The translations under genes and the position numbers were made by a program. A stretch of DNA of 64,000 bases from Gemmatimonadales bacterium (GTDB lineage: Bacteria > Gemmatimonadota > Gemmatimonadetes > Gemmatimonadales > GWC2-71-9): contig JBFJCP010000021.1 of NCBI GenBank assembly GCA_041615815.1, positions 1-64,000 on the forward strand, written 5' to 3'. The stretch's first letter is position 1, and each line of letters starts with the position of its first letter. Below the pieces are notes generated by a model. It was not told the origin of the DNA. It did no database searches and saw nothing but the letters and a program-made list of their open reading frames with translations. Below are positions 1 through 8,783 of this stretch, piece after piece.

Positions 1-107
1 ATGGCGCCGAGGATGGTGCTGATGGAGGCCAGGAAGACTGGTGCCGTGCCGAAGCCGTGGCCTGCGGCTTCCGGTCCCGGTTGCGCTGCCCTGGCTACGT
101 CGGTCAT
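1..107 (-). CDS. 5' end of an amino acid permease / cation-chloride cotransporter-like membrane protein (runs off the left edge)
   Basis: ATG at 107 on the minus strand reads MTDVARAAQPGPEAAGHGFGTAPVFLASISTILGAI. The FGTxPVFxxxISTILGAI segment resembles TM1 of bacterial SLC12/APC-family permeases (recalled, not searched). Confidence 0.6.
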   Translation of the reverse strand, partial: MTDVARAAQPGPEAAGHGFGTAPVFLASISTILGA

Positions 108-177
108 GAAGTGGTACGCTGCCTCACTCGTCTGCGCTGGTTCAGTCGGACGCCACAACAATACATCCTGGAGGGGA

Positions 178-615
178 ATGATGCGCCAGATGGGGATTCT
201 GATCACTGTTGTCACGATAGCCGCCATGCCACTCGGGGCGCAGCAGACACCAGAGGGGGTGGTCAACCGGTTTCATGAGCTCCAAGCGGCCGGGGACAGT
301 CTGGGGTCACTCGAGTTGTTGGCGTCCGATGTCGTCATTTTCGAGAGCGGGGGCGTCGAAGCGTCGCGGACGGAGTATCGCTCTCACCACCTAGGCGTCG
401 ACGTGCAGTTCGCAGCAGCGGTGAGTCGTGAGATCGTGGATCAGCGGTCGATGGTGGAAGGTGACATCGCCTGGGTGCTTACCCAGACCCGGGCCACGGG
501 CACGTTTCGCGACCGGGAGATCGACAGTCGCGGCGTCGAGACCATGGTGCTCCGACGCACCACGGACGGGTGGCGGGTCATCCACATCCACTGGTCGTCG
601 CGGAGGGCGGGCTAG
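178..615 (+). CDS. Secreted SnoaL-like / NTF2-family (DUF4440-like) protein
   Basis: GGAGG SD before ATG 178; signal peptide (ILITVVTIAAMPLGA-QQ); NTF2-like C-terminus ETMVLRRTTDGWRVIHIHWSS; internal EYRSHHL motif. Confidence 0.75.
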   Translation: MMRQMGILITVVTIAAMPLGAQQTPEGVVNRFHELQAAGDSLGSLELLASDVVIFESGGVEASRTEYRSHHLGVDVQFAAAVSREIVDQRSMVEGDIAWVLTQTRATGTFRDREIDSRGVETMVLRRTTDGWRVIHIHWSSRRAG

Positions 616-631
616 ACCATCCGGCGGGGAG

Positions 632-1327
632 CTACTTCGCGCTGTGAGTCGTCGGCGGGCCACGTCTGGGCATAGCCGTCACCGTCATGAGGCCCCACAA
701 CCAATCGATCTTGTAGCGATCGAGGCTCGTGATCTCGAAGCCGGAGGTCTCGAGCAACGTCGTGCACTGCCTACTGCCGAGGATTCGTTGATGGGATCGG
801 TCGACGATTCGTAAAATGCGATCGGCGATGCGGCAGGCGAGGAAGTCGTCGCACCAGTCCGTGATCACTACCTGGCCGCCGTGGCTCAGGGTTCGGACGA
901 TGTCTCTGAGCGCTTCCCGAGGCTGCCACCAGTAATGAAAAGAGCTCGAGGACACCACGAGATCGAAGGTCCCGGCCGCGAATGGGAGGTAGTGCACGTC
1001 GGCCTGCACGAGTCCGGAGAGGTTCGGTGCTCGAGACTTGGCGACCCCGAGCATGTTCCGTGAAACATCGAGACCCACCACGATGGCGTCGGGGATTCGC
1101 TCCTTCACCTCGGAGAGCAAGAGCCCGGTGCCGCAGCCGACGTCCAAGACTCGGACAGCGGGCGTGAGAGGGAGGCGGCGGACGGTCTCGCGCACCGAGG
1201 ACATGACGTAGTGACTCCACCGGCTCTCGTACTCACCCGCGAGACGGTCGTACTGCGTGGACACCCTCGAACGGCGCTGGGTGGCTGAAGATCCGGATTC
1301 TCCAGTATCGGGGTGCGAGTCGCTCAT
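632..1327 (-). CDS. Class I SAM-dependent methyltransferase (UbiE/Methyltransf_11-like)
   Basis: Motif I VLDVGCGTG, GLDVSRNML, LPFAAGTFDLVVSSSSFHYW; ATGA overlap with the copB stop. Confidence 0.85.
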   Translation of the reverse strand: MSDSHPDTGESGSSATQRRSRVSTQYDRLAGEYESRWSHYVMSSVRETVRRLPLTPAVRVLDVGCGTGLLLSEVKERIPDAIVVGLDVSRNMLGVAKSRAPNLSGLVQADVHYLPFAAGTFDLVVSSSSFHYWWQPREALRDIVRTLSHGGQVVITDWCDDFLACRIADRILRIVDRSHQRILGSRQCTTLLETSGFEITSLDRYKIDWLWGLMTVTAMPRRGPPTTHSAK

Positions 1328-3351
1328 GCCCGTCGCCCCAGGAGCCTCGCGTTGATGGCCACGATCACGGTGGAGAGCGACATGAGCACGGCGCCGAGGG
1401 CTGGCGAGAGCAGCACCCCTGCCCGGTAAAGGACGCCCGCAGCTAGAGGAATTGCGACGACGTTATAGCCGGTAGCCCACCAGAGGTTCTGTACCATCTT
1501 GCGGTACGTTGCACGGGCGAGCTCGATGATGGCCAGCACGTCCCGCGGATCGGATCGCACCAACACGATATCGGCCGATTCCACGGCGACGTCCGTCCCG
1601 GCGCCGATCGCGATTCCCACGTCCGCTTCCACCAGCGCCGGCGCGTCGTTGACGCCGTCCCCCACCATGGCCACGGTGAGGCCACGCGCCTTGACCTCCC
1701 TCACCTTGGTCGCCTTTTGATCGGGTAGCACCTCGGCGAAGAAATCATCGAGCCCGAGATCGTCGGCTACCCAGCGCGCCACGGCCGTGGCGTCCCCGGT
1801 CAACATCATGACCTTGATTCCTAATTCCTTGAGCTGATGGAGCGCCGCTCGCGACTCTTCCCGCACGATGTCCGCGAGGGCGATCGCTCCCATTGCGGAT
1901 CCCGCTCGCAGGACATAGACGACCGTCTTTCCTTGCTCGGCGAGCTTTGCGACTTGGGGATGGTCGATCGCGATGCCGTGTTCGCGTAGGTAACCGGGGC
2001 TCACGACTTTCACGTCGGTGTCCGCGACTTTCGCTTCCGCGCCTTTTCCAGGAATCGCGCGAAACTCCCGCGCGGCGGGGAGATCGAGACCGCGCTCAAG
2101 CGCGGCTCGGGTGATCCCTGTGGCGATGGGGTGCTCGGATTGTCTCTCGAGTGCCCCGGCGAGCCGCAGGACTTCGTGGTCGCTCGAGTTCCCAAGCGGG
2201 ACGACATCGGTGACACCGAACCGTCCTTCGGTAAGTGTGCCGGTCTTGTCGAAGATGATGGCATCCAGCTCTCGGGCGCGCTCGAAGGCGGTGCGGTCTC
2301 GGATGAGGAGCCCACTTTTGGCCGACAGTGCGGTGGAGACGGCGACCACGAGCGGTATGGCGAGGCCGAGCGCATGGGGGCAGGTGATCACCATCACGGT
2401 GACCATCCGCTCCAGGGCAAAGTCGAATGTTTGGCCGTTCGCGAGCCAAAGGGCGAGGGTGAGGCTGCCGGCGCCGATCGCGATCATCGTGAGCCACAGG
2501 GCCGCGCGGTTGGCCAGGTCCTGGGTCTTGGAGCGGGTCTCTTGTGCCCGCCGGACCATTTGGATCACCTGGGCGAGGTAGGTGTCTTCGCCGGTTTTGC
2601 GTACTTCGACGGTGATGGCCGCTTCGCCGTTCACGGCACCGCCGATCACCTCGTCGCCCTTTCCTTTTTCCACGGGTTTGCTTTCGCCGGTGAGCATCGC
2701 CTCGTTGACGGACGTGTGTCCCTCCACGATGTGTCCATCGGTGGGGATTTTCTCGCCGGGCTTGATCAGGATCCGATGTCCCGGATGCAGATCGCTCACC
2801 GGAATGTCCTCGACGGATCCATCGTCGTGGATGAGATGCGCATCCGCCGGAAGGAGGGCCACGAGCTTCTCGAGCGCGGCGGAGGCTCCCATCACGGACT
2901 TCATCTCGATCCAGTGCCCTAGGAGCATGATGTCGATCAGTGTGGCGAGCTCCCAGAAGAACACCTCGCCTTGGAGTCCGAACACGACGATCGAGCTGTA
3001 GACGTAGGCCACCGTGATGGCGAGCGCGATGAGGGTCATCATGCCCGGCCGCAGGTCTCCCAGCTCGCGGACGAGACCTTTCAGAAAGGGAGCGCCACCG
3101 TAGAAATAGACAATCGAAGCGAACACGAACTGGACGTAGCCATCCCCGGGAAACGCCAGCCGATCGCGCAGGCCGAGCGCCTCCTGGATCATGGGGGCCA
3201 GCGTGACGACGGGGATCGTGAGGATCAGGGAGATCCAGAAGCGACGGCGGAAGTCGGCCACCATGTGGGCGTGGTGGGAGTGGTGGTTTTCCGGAGCATG
3301 GTGGCGCCCGCCTGCAGTGGTTTCTCCGCGATGGCGCTCGTGTCCGGTCAT
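1324..3351 (-). CDS. copB: Copper-translocating P1B-3-type ATPase (CopB)
   Basis: His-rich N-terminus (HHAPENHHSHHAH), TGES, CPHALGL, DKTGTLT, SEHP, GDGVNDAP, YN and MSLST transmembrane motifs. Confidence 0.92.
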   Translation of the reverse strand: MTGHERHRGETTAGGRHHAPENHHSHHAHMVADFRRRFWISLILTIPVVTLAPMIQEALGLRDRLAFPGDGYVQFVFASIVYFYGGAPFLKGLVRELGDLRPGMMTLIALAITVAYVYSSIVVFGLQGEVFFWELATLIDIMLLGHWIEMKSVMGASAALEKLVALLPADAHLIHDDGSVEDIPVSDLHPGHRILIKPGEKIPTDGHIVEGHTSVNEAMLTGESKPVEKGKGDEVIGGAVNGEAAITVEVRKTGEDTYLAQVIQMVRRAQETRSKTQDLANRAALWLTMIAIGAGSLTLALWLANGQTFDFALERMVTVMVITCPHALGLAIPLVVAVSTALSAKSGLLIRDRTAFERARELDAIIFDKTGTLTEGRFGVTDVVPLGNSSDHEVLRLAGALERQSEHPIATGITRAALERGLDLPAAREFRAIPGKGAEAKVADTDVKVVSPGYLREHGIAIDHPQVAKLAEQGKTVVYVLRAGSAMGAIALADIVREESRAALHQLKELGIKVMMLTGDATAVARWVADDLGLDDFFAEVLPDQKATKVREVKARGLTVAMVGDGVNDAPALVEADVGIAIGAGTDVAVESADIVLVRSDPRDVLAIIELARATYRKMVQNLWWATGYNVVAIPLAAGVLYRAGVLLSPALGAVLMSLSTVIVAINARLLGRRA

Positions 3352-3431
3352 CAGCCGAACGGTCGGAGTGGGCGCCGCATGATCTCATCCTTCGCGACGT
3401 CGTCGTATGGATAGTGGTGGTCGTGGGTCAT
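3351..3431 (-). CDS. 26-aa His-rich small ORF translationally coupled to copB
   Basis: Reads MTHDHHYPYDDVAKDEIMRRPLRPFG*; its TGA overlaps the copB ATG (TGATG). Confidence 0.4.
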   Translation of the reverse strand: MTHDHHYPYDDVAKDEIMRRPLRPFG

Positions 3432-3502
3432 CGCTCGGTCTCGTCTGGACGCCGTTGGGTGACGTCAGCGTTGCTTCGATATCTCGGCGGGATCACAGGT
3501 GG

Positions 3503-3530
3503 ATTGTAGGCACGAACGCTTGCATGTCCA
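3503..3530 (-). promoter_or_regulatory. Putative sigma70-type promoter for the small ORF-copB-methyltransferase unit
   Basis: TGGACA-N16-TACAAT on the minus strand, ~70 nt upstream of ATG 3431. Confidence 0.45.
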
Positions 3531-3552
3531 GGGTGGTTGGGGCGCTGCGTGT

Positions 3553-4098
3553 TCAGAAATGATAGAACAATGCGAATCGCGCTCGCGCGTCCAGCTCCTC
3601 GTTGCTGACCGGAAAGCTGCCGCCCAATCCGAGGAAAAGGGAGCGGACAGGAAAGGGGACCACCTTGATTCCTGGGGAGAGGCTCACGAAGCCCTGGCCG
3701 GCTTCTTCGCCGCTCACGCCAAGCTGCCCGTTGAGCTCGAGGAGCCCCTGCAATCGTGGTGTCACATGATAGAGAGCGGAGAAGTCGTAGTGCAGCTCCG
3801 TCTCGATCTCCTCCCGTCTCGTTGATTGACGGGAATCCCGAAGATGGTCCATGCCACCGCTTCGAAGCGCCCCTGCTTGAGGCCTACATTCAGGAACGGT
3901 GCCAGCTCCCAGAGAAGACCGCTGCCAATGCCCTTGGTGTCGCTGCCGGTGGGGAGCCCCAGTTCCAATCCGTACCCCAGCAGGAGACCCACATCCTCGA
4001 ACGCGAAGTTCGCGAACTTCAAAGCCACTTCGAGGTTCCCCAGATTGCCGGTGCTGCTGCCGGTCTCCGGATCCAGCCAGCCGTACGGAACGGTCACC
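3553..4098 (-). pseudogene. 5'-truncated, frameshifted outer-membrane beta-barrel 'transporter' (MetA-pathway-of-phenol-degradation-like)
   Basis: One frame reads VTVPYGWLDP...GNLEVALKF...LGLPTGSDTKGIG...FGIPVNQRDG. After a 1-nt loss in the G run at 3813-3815 another frame continues EEIETELHYDFS...ARFALFYHF* (terminal aromatic residue). No start codon or signal peptide. Confidence 0.7.
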
Positions 4099-4330
4099 GC
4101 GTGGAGTCCCCGCCACGTCGGTGGGTAGCCTGAGTGAGTCCCCCATCTGACCGAGATAGCGGCCCCAGACATCGAAGATCTGGGTTCGATGATTGTGGAA
4201 GTCGGGCACGGACCCAGTCCGCGCTGGCGTCTACAACGGTGGACACCCGAAACTACCCCTGAACGGTCCGGGGGACCCAAGGGCCCACCCCAACGACGGC
4301 GCGGCCGTCCGAATGGAAGGGCCTCGCTGC
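4093..4330 (-). pseudogene. Degraded NHL-repeat (beta-propeller) gene remnant
   Basis: Fragments in shifting frames (AFHSDGRA / RWGGPLG / PGPFRGSF / PDFHNHRTQIFDVWGRYLGQMGDSLRLPTDVA) resemble the NHL-repeat consensus (VADxxNHRIQxF..G.fl..wG). Confidence 0.55.
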
Positions 4331-4402
4331 TCGAGCGCCGACGAGCTGGTCGCTGGCGGCGGAGGCGGTGAAGCGGCGGCGGCGGTAGCTGTCCTTCGGT
4401 GC

Positions 4403-7400
4403 CTAACTCCCCGGCGCCAGCGCCATCTCGTCCCGCAACCCTTCACGGACGGGTCTCTCTGGCCGGCGACGGACCTGCCACTGGCGCCATAGGAGATAGA
4501 TGGAAGGGATGACCACCAGGGTCAGCACGGTAGAGCTGATCATGCCACCCACCATGGGTGCAGCAATGCGTTTCATTACGTCGGCACCGGTTCCCGAGCT
4601 CCACAGGATGGGAGCCAGGCCCGCGATGATGGCGGTCACGGTCATCATCTTGGGCCGGAGCCGTTCGATGGCCCCCTCTTGGACGGCCGCGGCCACATCG
4701 GAGCCGTCACGCATTCGCCCCTCCAGCGAGCGACGATGAAACGCCTCGTCCAGGTAAATGAGCATGACGACGCCGGTCTCGGCAGCGACGCCGGCGAGTG
4801 CCAGGAGACCGACCCACACCGCGACACTCGTGTTGTATCCCGCGAGCCAGAGGTACCAGATGCCACCCACGAGCGCGAAAGGCAGGGAAAGCATGACGAT
4901 CAGCGACTCCGTGATGCCACGAAAATTGAGGTAGAGCAGCAGAAAGATGATGCCCAGGGTGACCGGGACGACGATGCGGAGTTTTTGCGTCACCCGTTGC
5001 ATGAATTCGTACTGACCACTCCACGTAAGAACGTAGCCGGTGGGCAAACTGAGCTCGTTGGCCACAACGCGTTGCGCGTCCTCGACGTAGCTACCAACAT
5101 CCCGTTCCCCGATGTCCACGAAGACTGTGGTGACTGGAAAGGCATTTTCGGTTTTCACGGCCATCGGACCCTGCACGACTTGGACGGTGGCCAGCTGCCC
5201 AAGCGGGATTTGGGCTCCGCCCATTGCCGGGATGATGACCCTCCGGAGTTTCTGCACGTCGTCCCGAAGCTCGCGAGGGTAGCGGACGCTGACGTCGTAG
5301 CGTTCCCGTCCTTCGACGGTCACGGCTGCCGTCATGCCGCCCACGGTGGCCATGATGGCGTCGTGGATATCGCCGACGTTCAGTCCGTACCGCGCCGCTT
5401 CCACCCGATCGATGTCGATGTCGACGTAAAAGCCCGACACTCCCCGCTCGGCAAACACGCTGCGGGTGCCGGGCACCTGCCGGACGATCCGTTCAACCCG
5501 CTCGCCTAACGCCTGGAGCGTATCGAGATTGGGCCCGAAGATCTTGACACCGACGGCGGTCCGAACGCCGGTAGCGAGCATGTCGATGCGTCCCTTGATT
5601 GGCATCGTCCATGCGTTGGTCACGCCGGGTAATCGCACCGCTTCGTCCATCTCGGTGATCAGTGCGGCGTAGGTCAGACCTCTTCGCCATTGGTTCTGAG
5701 GCTTGAGGGTGATGGTCGTCTCAAACATGTCGAGCGGCGCAGGATCAGTGGCGGTCTGTGCCCGTCCGGCTTTGCCGAGCACCATCTCCACCTCGGGGAA
5801 CGAGGCCAGCACGCTGTCCTGGTATCGCATGATCTCCCGGGCCTGCGCGATCGAGGCCCCGGGAACGGTGGTGGGCATGAAGAGGATCGAGCCTTCATGT
5901 AAAGGCGGCATGAACTCGCGTCCCAGGCGGCTCCATGGGACCAACGTCACGGCGAGGACCACCACCGCGGCTCCGATCACGATCAGCGGCCGTCGAAGCG
6001 CGAAATCGATGACCGGCCGGTACATCCACTGAAGACCGCGGTTCACGGGATTAGTGGCCTCGGGGCGGATCTTTCCGCGGATCAAGAACCCCATCAGTAC
6101 CGGCACCAGAGTGATCGAGAGCAGCGCCGATCCGGCCATGGCGAAGGTCTTGGTAAACGCTAGTGGCTTGAACAACCGGCCTTCCTGTTGCTCGAGAGCG
6201 AACACTGGAAGGAAGCTGAACGTGATGATGAGGAGTGAGAAGAACAGCGGCGGTCCCACCTGTTTCGCGCTCTCCAACACGATCTCCCAGCGCGTCCCAG
6301 CTGACCCTTCGGCGCGCTCGAGGTGCTTGTGCATGTTCTCGATCATGACGATCGCCGCGTCTACCATGGCGCCGATGGCGATGGCGATGCCGCCCAGGCT
6401 CATGATGTTCGCGTTCACGCCGATCATGCGCATCACGATGAACGAGATGAGGATGCCCAGCGGCAGAGTGACGATGGCCACCAGGGCCGAGCGGAAGTGC
6501 AACAGGAAGAGGACTGCCACGGCAGCGACGATGAGCGATTCTTCGATCAGCTTTTCCTTGAGCGTGTCAATGGCACGATGAATGAGGTCCGATCGGTCGT
6601 AGGCAGTCCGAAGACGGACGCCTGCAGGGAGGCCGGTTTGGATGGCGGCGATCCGCTCCTTCACCGCCTCGATCGTTTTCAGTGCATCCGAGCCGAACCG
6701 CATGACCACGATGCCTGCCACGACTTCGCCTTTACCGTCGAGATCGGCGGCGCCGCGCCGTGGGGCGGGACCGATCTGAACCGTGGCAACGTCGGCGACG
6801 CGAATGGGCGTGCCGTTCATGGTGGCCCCGACAGTCACATTCTCGATGTCGCTCACGCCGTCGAGATAACCGAGGCCGCGGATCATGTACTCGCGCCCTC
6901 CCATCTCGAGGACGCGGGCACCGATATCGATGTTGTGGGCACCAATGGCCTGTGCCACGCGAGTCACGGGGATGTCGAACGCGCGCAGCCGCTCGGGGTC
7001 GACCTCCACCTGGTACTGTTTCACGAATCCGCCGAGGCTCGCGACTTCCGATACGCCTGGAATGGCGGTGAGCTGATACCGGATATACCAGTCCTGCAGC
7101 GTGCGGAGCTCAGCGAGATCCAGGCTGTCCGACTCGAGCACGTACTGGAAGACCCAGCCCACGCCGGTGGCGTCGGGGCCCAAGGTGGGCTCTATCCCTC
7201 GAGGAAGTTGCTGCCGGATGCCGTTCAGGTACTCGAGCACGCGCGAGCGAGCCCAATAGATGTCGGTTCCGTCCTCGAAGATGACGTAGACTAGACTCAG
7301 CCCAAAAAAGGAGAAGCCGCGGACCACGCGCGCGCCCGGTACCTTGAGCATTTCGGACGCTATAGTATAGGTGATTTGATCTTCGACGATTTGCGGTGCT

Positions 7401-7567
7401 TGCTCGCTGAAATCGGTCTGGACGATCACCTGAACGTCGGAGAGATCCGGGATGGCATCGAGTGGCGTCGTGCCCATGGCCCACACCCCGCCACCGATGA
7501 GAGCCGCGGTGCTGAGAAGCACCAATACCCGGTTCCGGATGGACCATGCGATGACGGCGTTAATCAT
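4403..7567 (-). CDS. cusA: CusA/CzcA-family heavy-metal efflux RND permease
   Basis: MINAVIAWSIRNR start, LDAIPDLSDVQVIV, GPDATGVGWV, NIMSLGGIAIAIGAMVDA, TDPAPLDMFET, GRIDML, RLRPKMMT. Confidence 0.95.
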   Translation of the reverse strand: MINAVIAWSIRNRVLVLLSTAALIGGGVWAMGTTPLDAIPDLSDVQVIVQTDFSEQAPQIVEDQITYTIASEMLKVPGARVVRGFSFFGLSLVYVIFEDGTDIYWARSRVLEYLNGIRQQLPRGIEPTLGPDATGVGWVFQYVLESDSLDLAELRTLQDWYIRYQLTAIPGVSEVASLGGFVKQYQVEVDPERLRAFDIPVTRVAQAIGAHNIDIGARVLEMGGREYMIRGLGYLDGVSDIENVTVGATMNGTPIRVADVATVQIGPAPRRGAADLDGKGEVVAGIVVMRFGSDALKTIEAVKERIAAIQTGLPAGVRLRTAYDRSDLIHRAIDTLKEKLIEESLIVAAVAVLFLLHFRSALVAIVTLPLGILISFIVMRMIGVNANIMSLGGIAIAIGAMVDAAIVMIENMHKHLERAEGSAGTRWEIVLESAKQVGPPLFFSLLIITFSFLPVFALEQQEGRLFKPLAFTKTFAMAGSALLSITLVPVLMGFLIRGKIRPEATNPVNRGLQWMYRPVIDFALRRPLIVIGAAVVVLAVTLVPWSRLGREFMPPLHEGSILFMPTTVPGASIAQAREIMRYQDSVLASFPEVEMVLGKAGRAQTATDPAPLDMFETTITLKPQNQWRRGLTYAALITEMDEAVRLPGVTNAWTMPIKGRIDMLATGVRTAVGVKIFGPNLDTLQALGERVERIVRQVPGTRSVFAERGVSGFYVDIDIDRVEAARYGLNVGDIHDAIMATVGGMTAAVTVEGRERYDVSVRYPRELRDDVQKLRRVIIPAMGGAQIPLGQLATVQVVQGPMAVKTENAFPVTTVFVDIGERDVGSYVEDAQRVVANELSLPTGYVLTWSGQYEFMQRVTQKLRIVVPVTLGIIFLLLYLNFRGITESLIVMLSLPFALVGGIWYLWLAGYNTSVAVWVGLLALAGVAAETGVVMLIYLDEAFHRRSLEGRMRDGSDVAAAVQEGAIERLRPKMMTVTAIIAGLAPILWSSGTGADVMKRIAAPMVGGMISSTVLTLVVIPSIYLLWRQWQVRRRPERPVREGLRDEMALAPGS

Positions 7568-8783
7568 GGCGGTGCTCCGGCAGCGTATCCGGTTCAATGG
7601 CGGTCGCTTCCCCGCCGTGCTGCATCCCGGGCATGGCACTGCCGGTGGAGGCTAATCGTGATTCGGCATCCACGAGGAAGTTGGCGGACGCGACGATGGT
7701 CTCGCCTTCCGACAGACCCTGGAGGATCTGAACCCGATTGCCGGCACGTGTCCCGAGCACGACGTCCCGCGGGCCCAACATCCCCTCGTCGTCACGCACG
7801 AATACCAGATTGCGTTGGCCGGTGACGACCACGGCATCGACGGGCACCGCGAGGACGTTCGGACCGATCTGGACGTCGAAGAACAGCGTGGCGAACATCC
7901 CGGGCTTGAGGCGCATCCCCGGATTGGGCACCGTCACCCGCACCCGATTCGTGCGGCTCTGAACGTCGACCACTGGATAGACGAAGCTCACCCGTCCCAT
8001 GAGGTGCTCACCGCGGTAGGCGGCGACCTCGATGTGTGCCTGAGAGCCAAGCCGCACGAACTGTAGATCCTGCTCGAACACATCTCCTTCCACCCAGACC
8101 TCCCTGAGATCGACCAGCCGATACAGGCGCATTCCGGGCATGACCCGCTGTCCCTCGAGCACGTCCTTTTCGAGCACTATGCCCGTGACCGGCGATACTA
8201 GTTGGAGCGTCTTTGTTACCGCGCCGGTGCGTTCGATCCGAGCGATCTGCTCTTCGGTGATGTCCCAATACGCCAGGCGCCGCCGGGAGGCCTCCAGCAT
8301 GGACTGGGCATTGCGCCAAGCCTCGCCTGCCGTCGAGTCGATCTGTGATGCGAGCCGTATCGCCGTGAGCAGTTCTTCTTGCGCAGCCACGAGCATGGGG
8401 CTGTAGAGCGTCAGCAGGGGTTGGCCCTTGCGCACCGACTCGCCCGTGGAACTCACGAACAACTGCTCGATGAAGCCGTCGATCTTGGGCGTGATGTCTG
8501 CGACTCTGGGTTCGGCCGGCTCGATCCGCCCCACCGTTCGGATGGTGCGGGTGAGCGTCTCACGCCGGACCGTGGTGTATACGACGCCGAGCGCGCGTTC
8601 TTGCTCGGAGGTGAGGTGGACGGGCTGGCGCACCAGGGTACCGGTCGTGTCGACGGCCCCTTGGGTTCCCCCTGCCTGCATCCGCGCGTGCTCCTCCGCG
8701 GTCATGCCGGCCATGGGGGACTCCTCGTCTCCACCGTTGCACGCCGCGAGGGCGGTCAGGAGTAACAAACTCAGGCGCTTCAT
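7560..8783 (-). CDS. cusB: Efflux RND periplasmic adaptor subunit (CusB-like)
   Basis: Lipobox LAAC; GMTAEEHARM; GESVRKGQPLLTLYSPMLVAAQEE; LKPGMFA; FLVDAESRL; Met/His-rich tail. Confidence 0.92.
   Translation of the reverse strand: MKRLSLLLLTALAACNGGDEESPMAGMTAEEHARMQAGGTQGAVDTTGTLVRQPVHLTSEQERALGVVYTTVRRETLTRTIRTVGRIEPAEPRVADITPKIDGFIEQLFVSSTGESVRKGQPLLTLYSPMLVAAQEELLTAIRLASQIDSTAGEAWRNAQSMLEASRRRLAYWDITEEQIARIERTGAVTKTLQLVSPVTGIVLEKDVLEGQRVMPGMRLYRLVDLREVWVEGDVFEQDLQFVRLGSQAHIEVAAYRGEHLMGRVSFVYPVVDVQSRTNRVRVTVPNPGMRLKPGMFATLFFDVQIGPNVLAVPVDAVVVTGQRNLVFVRDDEGMLGPRDVVLGTRAGNRVQILQGLSEGETIVASANFLVDAESRLASTGSAMPGMQHGGEATAIEPDTLPEHRHD

Noticed and set aside
1..177. N-terminal extension of the 1..615 ORF
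   Set aside because: The SD and signal peptide point to ATG 178, and bases 1-107 are better explained by a minus-strand permease gene.
2096..3388. Long alternative-frame and antisense ORFs over real genes (e.g. 2096-3388, 9024-10154, 24475-25617, 52237-53343, 59769-60962)
   Set aside because: Arg/Pro/Gly-rich shadow ORFs expected in high-GC DNA; no motifs, and they overlap well-supported genes.
3509..3524. GGCACGAACGCTTGCA as a plus-strand sigma54 promoter
   Set aside because: GG-to-GC spacing is 11 rather than the required 10, and it points away from any plus-strand gene.
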